This document shows positions 49,196-59,412 of a stretch of DNA of 64,000 nucleotides, piece after piece. The first letter of the stretch is position 1. Each line of letters opens with the position of its first letter. Made by a program: the position numbers and the translations under genes. The stretch lies in the IMG/VR virus record IMGVR_UViG_3300046809_000224, positions 3,434 through 67,433 of that record; one strand, written 5' to 3'. The notes under the pieces were generated by a model. That model was not told where the DNA came from, made no database searches, and worked only from the letters and a program-made list of their open reading frames with translations. The stretch comes from a virus.

Positions 49196-49711
49196 ATGCC
49201 GTTATTCGTCGCAAATCTGACCAAACACAATTTCCAGTTGCACTTCTGGACCGAGCGCACGCAGCGCCCGATCTTCGTGGAAATCCCTCCCGGCCAGCAG
49301 AAGAGCATCTATCCCGAAGGCTCTCGCGCCGACCACGAAAGCATCGTGAATCAGCACAAGATGTACGGCATGCTGCCGGTATCGGAAATCGATCGCGCCA
49401 AAGGATTCGTCGGCCAGTGCTATCAGTTCGATACGCCAATCCCGCTGGACCGTCTCTATAACACGATGACGAACAACGAGGATGTGCTGTATGACGAAGC
49501 GGCCGAGCGCCGGAAGGAAGCCGCAGCCTCGTCCGATGACTTGATGCGCAAGGCAGCGCAGGAAACCGATTCGAAGATCGCATCTTTCGAGGTCGAGATT
49601 GAAGAGGTCGACCAGAAAGGCGTCGAGTCTCAGGTTCATGAAGTCATCACGGTCGGCGAAGAAAAGCCGCAACAGTCTGAACGTCGCCGCGGTCGCCCGC
49701 GTCGTAGCTAA
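49196..49711 (+). CDS. Conserved head-region hypothetical protein
   Basis: After MCP; C-terminal RRRGRPR. Confidence 0.7.
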   Translation: MPLFVANLTKHNFQLHFWTERTQRPIFVEIPPGQQKSIYPEGSRADHESIVNQHKMYGMLPVSEIDRAKGFVGQCYQFDTPIPLDRLYNTMTNNEDVLYDEAAERRKEAAASSDDLMRKAAQETDSKIASFEVEIEEVDQKGVESQVHEVITVGEEKPQQSERRRGRPRRS

Positions 49712-49719
49712 GAGGCAAT

Positions 49720-50223
49720 ATGTGCACGCCCTGCTTTCCACCGCTTCCCGGCATGGGCGTGCTTGCCCCATGGCAGACCAAGTCCGCGCCGAACACAACT
49801 GATCTGTACACTTTCCTGACGACGGTCGCGGGAGTTCCGACTGCCGCGCTACCTTCCAGTAGTCCATACATCGCGTGGGCACTGAGCTACGCCGAAGAAA
49901 AGACGCTTCTGGTGCTTTACGCCATTGGGCAGGACTATTACTGCTTTGCCGTCTATTGCCTGGCAACGTCCTTCCTGCTGAACTGGTGCCCTGATCAGCC
50001 GGGCCAGACGTTCTTTGCGCAGGCCCGCTCCGACATGAAGCTCACCAGCTTCACGCCCGGCGTCGTCAATTCCGCGGCGGATCAGGGGACGTCTGATTCG
50101 CTGTTATCCCCGGACTTTCTCAAGGGCCTCACGCTCGGCCAACTGCAGGCGCTCCGTGATCCATATGGACGGCAATGGCTGGCCATGCAACAGGATCTTG
50201 GCGCCATCTGGGGCATCAGTTGA
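49720..50223 (+). CDS. Putative head-tail adaptor
   Basis: GVVNSAAD..S, PYGRQWL (DUF4054-like); synteny. Confidence 0.65.
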   Translation: MCTPCFPPLPGMGVLAPWQTKSAPNTTDLYTFLTTVAGVPTAALPSSSPYIAWALSYAEEKTLLVLYAIGQDYYCFAVYCLATSFLLNWCPDQPGQTFFAQARSDMKLTSFTPGVVNSAADQGTSDSLLSPDFLKGLTLGQLQALRDPYGRQWLAMQQDLGAIWGIS

Positions 50224-50231
50224 GGTAAATC

Positions 50232-50786
50232 ATGGCAGCGAGAGACTTTGCCACTCCGATGGCTGAGGGTGGCGGAAGTTATTCGCCTGTGCACGTCGGC
50301 ACTACGACCGCGCCACCTGGCCGGATCACGTTGCACCTCGGCGTGATCGACGTCCCGTACGTAGACGGCGGTGGATCGAAGGGAAAGAAAGGCAAGAAAA
50401 GCGCCTCTACGAAGACGACCGGCGAGGTCGCCGAAATCCTCGAAGAGAAGTACGGCGTGTTGGACACGTTTGCTTTTGCGCGTCTGCCGGACATCGCTAA
50501 AGCACTGGAGCATTCCATTGCCGGACAGCTTGAAACCATGATGATGGGCGGCCATCCCTCGGGCAACCCGTTTGCCGGCGCCGAGTCATCGATCACCATG
50601 ATGATGAAAAACTTCATCTCGATGCAGGAAATCGAGCACATGGGGGTCGAGGGAGTTCCGACGCAGGCCGCACTGAATGGCGTCAATCACCGCCTGAAGC
50701 ATCCATACGCCAAGGGCAATCCCCGGCGCCCTTCTTTCATCGACACATCGCTCTACTGGTCAACGCTCACCGCGTGGTTTGATTAA
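50232..50786 (+). CDS. Neck/tail-completion protein
   Basis: RRPSFIDT motif; synteny. Confidence 0.6.
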   Translation: MAARDFATPMAEGGGSYSPVHVGTTTAPPGRITLHLGVIDVPYVDGGGSKGKKGKKSASTKTTGEVAEILEEKYGVLDTFAFARLPDIAKALEHSIAGQLETMMMGGHPSGNPFAGAESSITMMMKNFISMQEIEHMGVEGVPTQAALNGVNHRLKHPYAKGNPRRPSFIDTSLYWSTLTAWFD

Positions 50787-51733
50787 TGCCAACTATCGCC
50801 GAATCGCTAGGATCGCAAAGCCAGTTGGCGAGTACGTTGGCGGCCGGCGTCGACCAGATATCGCAAAGCCAGTCGGTCACGTTCACCCGGTATAGCCAGT
50901 CGATTCTCGCGACTGACGGGTATGTGTTCTGGGTCAACACCGGGGTCACGCAAACAGTCCAAGGGTCTTTGCACCTTGTGACGGATCAACAACAGAACGA
51001 AGACGAAACGATTGACGTCAACCGGATCATCTTCACTGCCCTCAGCCAGATAGACGTTTTCAACACCGCGGCGCCTACCGATCTGTTCATTGGGACTATC
51101 GACGGCATCCGGTTCTCGTTCAACGCACGGGGATCGCTTTACAAGCAAGCCAACCTGTACCACTACGTTGGCAACGCCGTTTATCCGGCGCTCGCTTCGC
51201 AGTTAATCGATAGCGCGGCTGACCTGCCGACCGGGCCGATCGTATCCAACAGCCTGCCGATCTGGCTGGCGCAGGGCACACCAGCGCTTCCTGTTTATCC
51301 GTCGTATCTGGTGCCGGCGAACGTCGTCCCGCCCTATGTTGTGGCGCACGTCGAGCCCGATGCTACGGAAGCACCTTCGTTCCCGATCTATGTGTGGCCG
51401 GGCACGACCGTACCGAATTCCGGTGCGTCGCCTTTGCATGACATGCCGAGTTCACAACTCGCCAAGGATCGCGTTCGCCTGACTCTGTACGGCCTCACGA
51501 ATCAGCAGGCGATCCAGTTCTATGCGTCGCTGATTGACTACTCGTTGAACACCGACAACTTCGGATTTGGCAATTCGCCGGTGCTGAAAGACGCCAAGCG
51601 CACCCAGTCCGAGTTGAGCGTTATCGCGATGAAAAAGACGCTCGACATTGACGCCTGGTACTTCCAGACGACGTCCGATGCGATCGCGCGCCGATTGATT
51701 CTCTCGGCTGGTTTCTCCTCCATCACCACCTAG
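50786..51733 (+). CDS. Neck/tail-terminator-type structural protein
   Basis: Synteny; coupled start. Confidence 0.6.
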   Translation: MPTIAESLGSQSQLASTLAAGVDQISQSQSVTFTRYSQSILATDGYVFWVNTGVTQTVQGSLHLVTDQQQNEDETIDVNRIIFTALSQIDVFNTAAPTDLFIGTIDGIRFSFNARGSLYKQANLYHYVGNAVYPALASQLIDSAADLPTGPIVSNSLPIWLAQGTPALPVYPSYLVPANVVPPYVVAHVEPDATEAPSFPIYVWPGTTVPNSGASPLHDMPSSQLAKDRVRLTLYGLTNQQAIQFYASLIDYSLNTDNFGFGNSPVLKDAKRTQSELSVIAMKKTLDIDAWYFQTTSDAIARRLILSAGFSSITT

Positions 51734-51757
51734 CGGGGCACCCCGACTAGTCATTCC

Positions 51758-51785
51758 ACCCCGCCGCGAGCGGGGTTTTTCTTTT
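51758..51785 (+). terminator. Intrinsic terminator
   Basis: ACCCCGC..GCGGGGT plus T-tract. Confidence 0.75.
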
Positions 51786-51797
51786 CAGGAGCTTTAA

Positions 51798-52172
51798 ATG
51801 CCCCAGGCCCCGCTTCAAGCAAACGTAGCACTCAACGCAGCAAACAAGAGTTCGCAACTCCAGATGGATGCGAGCGGAAATCTGCTCGTCGGCAATGGTT
51901 CGGCCAACAAGCTCAACGTTACCGCCATCAATCTCGTGAAGGCCGGTGCAGGTCGGGTTTGCAAAGTCACGGTTGTCGCCGCCGCCACCGCCGGCAACTT
52001 TGCTGTGTACGACGTCGCCACCACCGGTGCCGCTGCGACCGCCAACGCAATTCTCAAATACACCGCTTCGTGGCCGGCGGTCGGCACCGTCATCAACCTT
52101 GATTTCCCTTGCGCGGCAGGCATCGTCGTAGATCCGGGTACGGGTGGCCAGGTCGCCGTTTCGTTCGATTAA
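51798..52172 (+). CDS. Small beta-rich virion protein
   Basis: AGGAG RBS; beta-strand pattern. Confidence 0.65.
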   Translation: MPQAPLQANVALNAANKSSQLQMDASGNLLVGNGSANKLNVTAINLVKAGAGRVCKVTVVAAATAGNFAVYDVATTGAAATANAILKYTASWPAVGTVINLDFPCAAGIVVDPGTGGQVAVSFD

Positions 52173-52187
52173 TAGAGGTCCGCCCAC

Positions 52188-53513
52188 ATGGCAACCACAA
52201 TCACACCGACTATCGTAACGGTCAATACGACCGTCACGCGCGCGCCGACCGTCTCCCAACTGCAGCAAAGTGGTACGATTGTGTCGGCGGGCGGTACTAC
52301 TCTCGCAAGCGGAACGTATCAGTATTGCGGCTCTCTATCCGCCGTGCAGGCAATCCTCGCCACGCCCCTCGCGCTGACCGGCATGGTCTGGTCGAGCGGC
52401 ACGGTGACCGCTACCACCGCAGCCACCATCGGTTTGGCAACAGGCCAGACGTTCACGACAACTATTGCTGGTGCGACGCCTGCCGCTTATAACGGCACTT
52501 ACACCGCGACGGTTGCTAGCGCCAACACTTTCACGTTCGCTCTTGCCGCCAATCCCGGCACCCAGACCGTTCCGGGCACCTACCTGCCGTCGAACGCGGG
52601 CTTTATCAGCAACTCGGCGACGACGTTCTTCGCGCAGGGTAATTCGGTTGGCGTCTACGTGCTGGAACTGGGTGCGCAGACCACCGCAGCGTCGGCAATC
52701 ACTGCCCTGCAAACGTGGATCACGGCAAACAGCAATCCGCAAGTCTTCTACGCATACCTGCTGCCGGCCGCGTGGGATGCCGCATCGTCCGCCGCCCTGA
52801 ATACGATGACGGCGAACTACGAGAGCCCAAGCGGTCAGACGTATTTCTTTGTCACCACGACCGTTGCGAACCTGCCGAACTACGCCAATAACAAGGCGGT
52901 GTATGCGCAGGTCCCGAGCCCGACTAAGGCGTCGACCGAGCATCAACTGTCGGTGGACTTCTACAACTGGCTCGCCAATAAGCCGGGCTCGGCCAGTCCG
53001 CTGGCGCCGATGTCGTATCGCTATGCTTTCGGCGTGACTCCTTGGTCGCAGGTCGGCAACCAGACCAGCATCAATACGATTCTGACCAACTACGGCAACC
53101 TGATTCTGACGGGCGCTGAGGGCGGCATTTCCACTGCGTGCGTTTTCAAGGGCACGACGATGGACGGCGAACAGGCTGCCTGGTGGTATGGCATCGACTG
53201 GTTCCGCATTCAGGTCAAGCAGGCGCTCGCCGCGGCAATCATCAACGGCTCGAACAGCAACCCACCGCTGCTCTATGACCAGAACGGCATTAACACGCTG
53301 CTCGCCGTTGCTCAGAACGTGGCGAATTCGGCTGTCAAGTTCGGCTGTGCGCTGAGCGCGGTTGTGACCGCAGTCCCGTTCGCGACTTACACCACGGACA
53401 ACCCGAACGATTACAACGCAGGCATCTACAACGGCTTCGCGGCGACGGTGGTTGGTCAGAATGCATTTTTGACCCTGACTTTCAATCTCGACGCTACGCA
53501 GTTCGTTGCTTAA
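52188..53513 (+). CDS. Tail sheath protein
   Basis: WWYGIDW, LLYDQNGINTL (DUF3383-like C-terminus); precedes tube. Confidence 0.8.
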   Translation: MATTITPTIVTVNTTVTRAPTVSQLQQSGTIVSAGGTTLASGTYQYCGSLSAVQAILATPLALTGMVWSSGTVTATTAATIGLATGQTFTTTIAGATPAAYNGTYTATVASANTFTFALAANPGTQTVPGTYLPSNAGFISNSATTFFAQGNSVGVYVLELGAQTTAASAITALQTWITANSNPQVFYAYLLPAAWDAASSAALNTMTANYESPSGQTYFFVTTTVANLPNYANNKAVYAQVPSPTKASTEHQLSVDFYNWLANKPGSASPLAPMSYRYAFGVTPWSQVGNQTSINTILTNYGNLILTGAEGGISTACVFKGTTMDGEQAAWWYGIDWFRIQVKQALAAAIINGSNSNPPLLYDQNGINTLLAVAQNVANSAVKFGCALSAVVTAVPFATYTTDNPNDYNAGIYNGFAATVVGQNAFLTLTFNLDATQFVA

Positions 53514-53522
53514 GGACGCACC

Positions 53523-53966
53523 ATGGCAAATCCCTATCTCAATGCGGGTCCGCTAAACCGCGTCCGATGCTCCGTCGTAGTGGCGGCCTTTCCCACGTTG
53601 AACATCACGGCCCAGTACATGGGCAAGTCGTTCGCGCACATCGAATTTGAAGGCGATTTCGTGCCTCAGATCGAAACCGCAACCGGCGTCGTGAACTCGC
53701 CGGAGCCATACGTCATGGCCAGCATCACCGTGGGGCTGCTGCGGTCCCAGGCCTTGGCAGCGAGCTGGCTCGCGCAGGCACAGGACACAGGCATTCTTGG
53801 CGACGTGACGATTCACAGCGACACGTCTGCATGGCCGGCGATCACGCTGAACGACACGGCCATCCGCTCGATTTCGCCTGGTGCGTTCGACGGCACCGAT
53901 CCTGTTGTCCGGCTAACGCTCCGAGGCACCTACAACATCAACAGCTCGCTCTGGTCCTTCACTTGA
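53523..53966 (+). CDS. Tail tube protein
   Basis: 147 aa, directly after sheath. Confidence 0.7.
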   Translation: MANPYLNAGPLNRVRCSVVVAAFPTLNITAQYMGKSFAHIEFEGDFVPQIETATGVVNSPEPYVMASITVGLLRSQALAASWLAQAQDTGILGDVTIHSDTSAWPAITLNDTAIRSISPGAFDGTDPVVRLTLRGTYNINSSLWSFT

Positions 53967-53973
53967 CCATCAC

Positions 53974-54050
53974 GCCACGGCTAGGGACGCGACCCGAAAG
54001 CCAGCACCTTACTGGTTGCCGTGGCACCTCATAAGGCTCAGTTAAAGGGA
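53974..54050 (+). ncRNA. Second three-way-junction structured RNA (c4/c4-2-like) in the chaperone leader
   Basis: P1 GCCACGGC/GCCGTGGC, TAGGG..CCC-GAAA, P3 GCCAG/CTGGT with loop CACCTTA; TAAGG downstream. Confidence 0.6.
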
Positions 54051-54055
54051 TTGAG

Positions 54056-54718
54056 ATGAAGATCGACGAACGGCGGAATCTGGTTCTACCCGTCGTGACA
54101 GATAAGGTCACGAAGAAAGTCATAAAGCAGGTCGACGGAAAAGACGTGCCCGAGGAAGTAACGGAAGATGTGGTCCGTATTTATGCCTTCCACACTCCCG
54201 TCTCCCGCGCCATCTTCGAGCAGCATTACCGTGTTCTCGCTGCCACCAAGGCTTCGCTGTCAAGCAAGGGTGCGCACTACCTGATGGGCGCTGGCCCGCG
54301 GATCGCGGCGCTGACCCTGAAAGACGAAGGGCGAAAAGAGGCGGCTAGTTTGGGCATGGTCGACGAGCGAGGGAATGTTCACGACGAGTCCACCGATGCA
54401 CTCTTCGCTGAGTTCAAGCGTCTCACGACCGTTCTTTGCCCGAGCCCGACCGGCTGGGACATGCTACCCGTAGAGACGGCCATCTCGAGCGGAAAGATCG
54501 ACGCCGAGGATTGGGAGGAAACGGTCGCCGCCGTCACTTTTTTTACCTGTCACTATGCGATGGCGAAAAAGGCGGATCGCGAGACGGCAGCGAAGGGAAC
54601 AGCATCCTTTCTGGGTGCGTCGATCACGTCATCCACGCCTACGGAATTCATCGCCTCTTTGCCGACATTGACGCAGGCCGCGCCTACGACAAAGACACCA
54701 TCGTCGATTCCATCCTGA
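54056..54718 (+). CDS. Tail assembly chaperone (G-like); probable -1 frameshift extension to 54834
   Basis: Between tube and tape measure; T-TTT-TTT at 54538-54544 with the -1 frame open to TGA at 54834. Confidence 0.7.
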   Translation: MKIDERRNLVLPVVTDKVTKKVIKQVDGKDVPEEVTEDVVRIYAFHTPVSRAIFEQHYRVLAATKASLSSKGAHYLMGAGPRIAALTLKDEGRKEAASLGMVDERGNVHDESTDALFAEFKRLTTVLCPSPTGWDMLPVETAISSGKIDAEDWEETVAAVTFFTCHYAMAKKADRETAAKGTASFLGASITSSTPTEFIASLPTLTQAAPTTKTPSSIPS

Positions 54719-54830
54719 ACTACATCGCCACTGAGGGATTCGGCGAGGTGTTTGAGCGGTACGACAGCCCATATCGAACAGCGCAGCAGTTCCGTCATCG
54801 GTATCTGATCGAGGCGCTCAAGAGGCCAGC

Positions 54831-56450
54831 ATGACGCAAAAAGCAATCGTCGATATTGAGCTTAACGACTCGCAGTTTCGCGAGTTCCACGCCCTCTTTA
54901 GCGACTACCAGAAGAAGCTGGAAGCGATGCCCGAGGACTGGGCAAAGGTCACCGGTTCGATTGACGATGCCGGCGTCGGAATGGCGGACTTCTCAAAGTC
55001 GTCGAAACTCTCGAAAGAATTCCTGATGATTGCGGCCATTCAGGCGAACGCGATCACTCAAGGCCTACAAAAGGCAACCGGCGCGCAGGACAAGTTCAAC
55101 ACCAAGACGAAAGACGGCGCCCTCCAGATGGGCCGCATGGCCAAGTTTTCTAAGGAAGTCCATAAAGACATCTCGAAGATGAGTGGCGTGCTCCTGAAAC
55201 TGGGGGCTATTGGCGGTTCGTTGCTGTCATTCCCGGCCGCCGTCTTTGCGTCGACCAATGCGCTCGCGGGGCAGAATCTTCAGGCTCGTGGACTAGGCCT
55301 TCGCATCGGCCAGACCCAGGCGTTTGGCGCGAATTTTGAAAAGTTTGGTCTCGGCTCGTCCGACCTCGGAAATGTTTCGAATGCCCAAGGCGACGTCAGC
55401 AAATGGCGCGCTTTCATGGCCGCCGGTCTGACGCCAGATCAGATCCAGAACGAGGACGCGGAGAAACTGACGTATGACTTCGCCCGGGCGGCCAGTGGTA
55501 AGTTCCGCGAATGGCAGAAGTCCGGCATGCCAGCTGCCTCCATGGCACAAGCATACGGTTTCACGGACCTACTTTCGCTTCAGCAACTTCGTACCGGCGC
55601 CAGTTATAGCGACTCGGACTGGATGAAGGCTCAGCAGAAGGAAATCGCTGATGCGAAGCGCAACGAGGTCGATCAAGGCACAGCCGATCAGGCGTCCGAC
55701 GTAAAGGCCGCGCTGAAGTCGGACTGGGCGCAGGTCATGAACGAGTTCAACGGGCAGTTGGCTCAAATGGCGCCTGAGTTGAAGACGATGGGTGACGCAG
55801 CGGCGGCAGCCGCCGTCAATCTCCTGAAAGTCGCCGGGCCGGAGGCGAAGGCCGTCATCGACGCGTTGCAGGGCCCTCCAGTGTCACGCACTGACGCTGC
55901 TAAGGGCGGGGTTGTTGGCGGGCTGGCGACGGCAGGTTATTGGTTGCGCGACAAGATTCCCGGGCTGCGAAACGTTTTCTCGGATTCGGGCTCGGACTCT
56001 TTCGGGACGTTAGGCGCACCGACGATGGCCGGCATCATCGATGCTCAGTACACGGTTGAGTCTGCGCGCGGCAAGAAGTTGCTGTCGCCCAAAGGCGCAA
56101 TGGGCCCGATGCAGTTCATGCCCGACACGTGGAAGCAATGGGGCCATGGCGACGTCAACAACCTCAAAGATTCCCAGGACGCAGCGCAACGATATGACGC
56201 ATTCCTTCTGAAACGCTACGGCGGAGACGTGAGGAAAGCCCTCGCTGCCTACAACTGGGGCATGGGCAACTTGGACAAGGACGTCGCGAAGAACGGGGAA
56301 AACTGGGAATCGCATGCGCCGCGAGAGACTCGCGACTATATCGCCAAAATCACGCAACTGATGCTTCGACAAGGCCAGAACGTCAGCATCAACATCACCA
56401 ACTCGACGCCCGCCCGTGTCGCGACTTCAATGAACGCAGCGCAGCACTGA
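54831..56450 (+). CDS. Tape measure protein with C-terminal lytic transglycosylase
   Basis: Helical N-terminus; VES...SPKGAMGPMQFMP.T...ALAAYNWG...ETRDY. Confidence 0.9.
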   Translation: MTQKAIVDIELNDSQFREFHALFSDYQKKLEAMPEDWAKVTGSIDDAGVGMADFSKSSKLSKEFLMIAAIQANAITQGLQKATGAQDKFNTKTKDGALQMGRMAKFSKEVHKDISKMSGVLLKLGAIGGSLLSFPAAVFASTNALAGQNLQARGLGLRIGQTQAFGANFEKFGLGSSDLGNVSNAQGDVSKWRAFMAAGLTPDQIQNEDAEKLTYDFARAASGKFREWQKSGMPAASMAQAYGFTDLLSLQQLRTGASYSDSDWMKAQQKEIADAKRNEVDQGTADQASDVKAALKSDWAQVMNEFNGQLAQMAPELKTMGDAAAAAAVNLLKVAGPEAKAVIDALQGPPVSRTDAAKGGVVGGLATAGYWLRDKIPGLRNVFSDSGSDSFGTLGAPTMAGIIDAQYTVESARGKKLLSPKGAMGPMQFMPDTWKQWGHGDVNNLKDSQDAAQRYDAFLLKRYGGDVRKALAAYNWGMGNLDKDVAKNGENWESHAPRETRDYIAKITQLMLRQGQNVSINITNSTPARVATSMNAAQH

Positions 56451-56451
56451 T

Positions 56452-57192
56452 ATGGCAATCTCCGACGCATTCCGGTCCACCTACGACCTCGCTTTCCAGC
56501 GCAGCCCCATCATTCTGGTTGGGGGGATCGCGTCGAACACTCTAGGCGGCATGCTCCCGATCATTGCGTTGGGCGGCCAGGCGCTTGGCGCGCTGCAGGG
56601 CGCATTGACGAGTGGTAGCCTCTCCACCGACGACTTCTTCGCAACCTATGTGCCGATTCCTGGCTCGACGCTGATCAGTCAGCAGATTGCGACATATCCA
56701 TTTGCCAATCAGGCGGTGGCGGCGAATTCAACTATCCAGCAGCCGTTGACGATCTCGCTCCGAATGATCGCGCCGGTGAAGGACACTGCGGGATATCTGA
56801 CGAAACTTGCGATATGGACATCGCTGCAGAGTTCGCTGGTTGCACATAACGCAGCCGGCGGCCGGTATCACGTCGCAACGCCATGGCGTATCTACACCGA
56901 TTGTCTGTTGCAAAGCATTTCGGACACGACAGGTGGGGACGGAAAGCAGCAGCAGATCATGGCTCAGTGGGATTTCGTGCAACCGCTCGTCACCCAGATG
57001 CGGGCCGATAGCGCATACAACTCGTTGATGAGCAAGCTGTCGTCGGGAGCGCAGGTAACGCCCTCGGCCACGGCTGGCACATCCATCTGGTCTAGCGCGG
57101 CGACTGCTGTAGGCACTGCGGCGCAAAACGCAGTGTCCAACGTCACAAGTCTGACTGGCGTGGTCAATCAATACCTCTCGGCGCCGCTATGA
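56452..57192 (+). CDS. Baseplate/tube initiator-type protein
   Basis: Synteny after tape measure. Confidence 0.6.
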   Translation: MAISDAFRSTYDLAFQRSPIILVGGIASNTLGGMLPIIALGGQALGALQGALTSGSLSTDDFFATYVPIPGSTLISQQIATYPFANQAVAANSTIQQPLTISLRMIAPVKDTAGYLTKLAIWTSLQSSLVAHNAAGGRYHVATPWRIYTDCLLQSISDTTGGDGKQQQIMAQWDFVQPLVTQMRADSAYNSLMSKLSSGAQVTPSATAGTSIWSSAATAVGTAAQNAVSNVTSLTGVVNQYLSAPL

Positions 57193-57470
57193 GCACTACG
57201 CTGATCGCATTTTCGCCGAATAACTCGGCATCGCCGCCCTTCTCAACCACGGTCACGCTCGACAACGTCAGTTACCAACTCATCGTTACCTGGAACATTG
57301 CGGGGCAGCGTTGGTTTGCATCATTGCAGGATCAATCCGGCACTGCGATATGGTCCGGGGCGCTGGTAGGCTCTCCACTCGGCTACGACATCCTGCTGGC
57401 GCCGGGCATCTTCACGTCAAGCACGCTGCTGTACCGGGCGGACACCGGGAACTTCGAGGTTAGTTCGTGA
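57189..57470 (+). CDS. Small baseplate protein
   Basis: LD...Y...WN..GQRW pattern. Confidence 0.65.
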   Translation: MSTTLIAFSPNNSASPPFSTTVTLDNVSYQLIVTWNIAGQRWFASLQDQSGTAIWSGALVGSPLGYDILLAPGIFTSSTLLYRADTGNFEVSS

Positions 57471-58426
57471 GCCGATACTACTCCCTGACGATTACGCCGG
57501 CAGGCAGCACGACGCCGTTCAGGACGTACACCTCGCATCCGAAAAATATTTACGATCCCGCAGCGCTGAACATAGAGTACGACGCGCTGATAGGCCCGTA
57601 TGGCACGCCGAGCGGCGCGTCAACTGTTACGGTGTACGGCATCCCGCTTCAGGATCTGACGCAGGCACAGCAGTTCGCGGGCATGACGCTCGAGCTTAAG
57701 GCGGGCATGCGAACTGGGCTGCCGCTGGTTAATCCCGCCCAGTCGGGCACGATTCTCAAAGGCCCCATTTTCCAGTCGTTCGGCAACTGGGAGGGCGTAG
57801 ACCAAACGCTCGACTTCGTTGTAATCCCGGGCGTCTACACAGTGGACAATCCAGGCAACATCCTGCTCGACTGGAGCGCTGGTATGTCTCTCGCGGACGC
57901 GCTGAAGCAGACGTTTTCCGTAGCGTACCCGGGCTTTCAGGTGTCGATGAACATCGGCGGTGATTTCGTGCAAAGCCACGACGAGCCGCATATTTGCGGG
58001 ACGTTGGATCAACTGGCGCAGGTCGTCGGCGATATCACCGAGGGAGTGTTCGATAATCGCGTGACGATCGGAATTCAGGCGGGCGAGATTGTTATTTACG
58101 ACAGCACTTATAAGCCCGGCCCAATCCAGTTGAATTTCAATGACTTCGTGGGCCAGCCGACGTGGATTGGTGTGAACACGATCCAGACGAAAATGGTCGC
58201 GCGCGCCGACTTGCAGATGGGCGCCATCGTCAAGATGCCGGAAGGTCTTCAAAACGCGCCCGGGTACATCAAGACGACTGCAGCGGCCTATCCCTCAAGC
58301 ATCAAGTATCAAACGACGTTCCAGAACAATTTCATCATCAACGAATTGCGCCAGATCGGTAACTTCCGGTCAGCGGACGCGGCACAATGGTCAACGATAG
58401 CGAACTGCATCGTCCTTCCGAGCTAA
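57467..58426 (+). CDS. Baseplate hub protein
   Basis: Synteny; GQPTW; GNFR. Confidence 0.65.
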   Translation: MSRYYSLTITPAGSTTPFRTYTSHPKNIYDPAALNIEYDALIGPYGTPSGASTVTVYGIPLQDLTQAQQFAGMTLELKAGMRTGLPLVNPAQSGTILKGPIFQSFGNWEGVDQTLDFVVIPGVYTVDNPGNILLDWSAGMSLADALKQTFSVAYPGFQVSMNIGGDFVQSHDEPHICGTLDQLAQVVGDITEGVFDNRVTIGIQAGEIVIYDSTYKPGPIQLNFNDFVGQPTWIGVNTIQTKMVARADLQMGAIVKMPEGLQNAPGYIKTTAAAYPSSIKYQTTFQNNFIINELRQIGNFRSADAAQWSTIANCIVLPS

Positions 58427-58429
58427 GCG

Positions 58430-59083
58430 ATGTCAGAGAACTACGCCAAACTGTGGGTTCAGCGGAGCGCCAACCAGACCGCGATTAACCGCGCCCAACA
58501 GGCGATTGAGAATCTTGGCCGGGCATTGCCTTGCCGTGTCGTCAAGGTTAGCGGAGCGATAGTCACCGTAGCATTTGAGGTCAACTCCGCTCCATATACG
58601 CTGCCCAACATCACCATCCCTAAGGCGGAAAGTCCGTGGATCAGGATGCCGACGCAGGTGGGCGACAAGGGCGTCACGATGCCTGCGGATGCTTATCTCG
58701 GCGGAGTATCCGGGCTGGGCGGTGGCGTCGCAACGCTGACGAGGCCCGGCAATCTGAGTGCTCTCGTTTTTGTGCCGATCAGCAATTCCGGCTCTGGGCC
58801 AGATGATCCCAACGCCGCGCAGATCGAAGGCCCGAACGGAGCAATCGTCCGTACTTCTGATGGAGTATCTTCGGCAGTTGTCAGCGAAACGGGCGTCACC
58901 CTGACATTTGGAACCACGTCACTGGTCGTCAATGCGGCTGGAATTACGATGACCTTCGGTACGCAGACCATCGTTCTTAACGGGTCTGGCCTGCAGATCA
59001 ACGGCGAGAGCTACGAGAACCACACACATGGCTATTTCCCGGGAACTGGAGCCAAGGTTCAAACGGACCCGCCGATCAACTAG
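58430..59083 (+). CDS. Baseplate spike (gpV-like)
   Basis: LPCRVVKV OB fold, P.QVGDKG, beta-helix repeats, C-terminal HTH (HxH metal-binding) tip. Confidence 0.8.
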   Translation: MSENYAKLWVQRSANQTAINRAQQAIENLGRALPCRVVKVSGAIVTVAFEVNSAPYTLPNITIPKAESPWIRMPTQVGDKGVTMPADAYLGGVSGLGGGVATLTRPGNLSALVFVPISNSGSGPDDPNAAQIEGPNGAIVRTSDGVSSAVVSETGVTLTFGTTSLVVNAAGITMTFGTQTIVLNGSGLQINGESYENHTHGYFPGTGAKVQTDPPIN

Positions 59084-59412
59084 CGGCGCGTGTATGAACC
59101 CTTCAGTCCGTCGTACCGGTCCTGCCACATGCTGAACTTGTGCATGTAATCGACGGTGCCGTTGCTCCAATGTACTGTGATGTAGCAGTCGATTCGATAC
59201 AGACCGGGGTAGTACTCGTACGCCGGCGTTCCGACTGCCGTCTCAATAGACTGGATTCGGGCAGCATTCGGTCCGAGGTCCAGAAGATAAGGGATGTTCG
59301 CCATCTCCATGTCGTGTGCGAGCGGAGCCTGGCAGTTTTGCGGGATGCCAGACAGGTCGGCCGCATTGGCATGCACTGCAGACATTGCAAGCAGAATCAC
59401 GAGTTTGCGCAT
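59080..59412 (-). CDS. Secreted hypothetical protein (moron)
   Basis: Signal peptide MRKLVILLAMSAVHANA; two Cys. Confidence 0.65.
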   Translation of the reverse strand: MRKLVILLAMSAVHANAADLSGIPQNCQAPLAHDMEMANIPYLLDLGPNAARIQSIETAVGTPAYEYYPGLYRIDCYITVHWSNGTVDYMHKFSMWQDRYDGLKGSYTRR

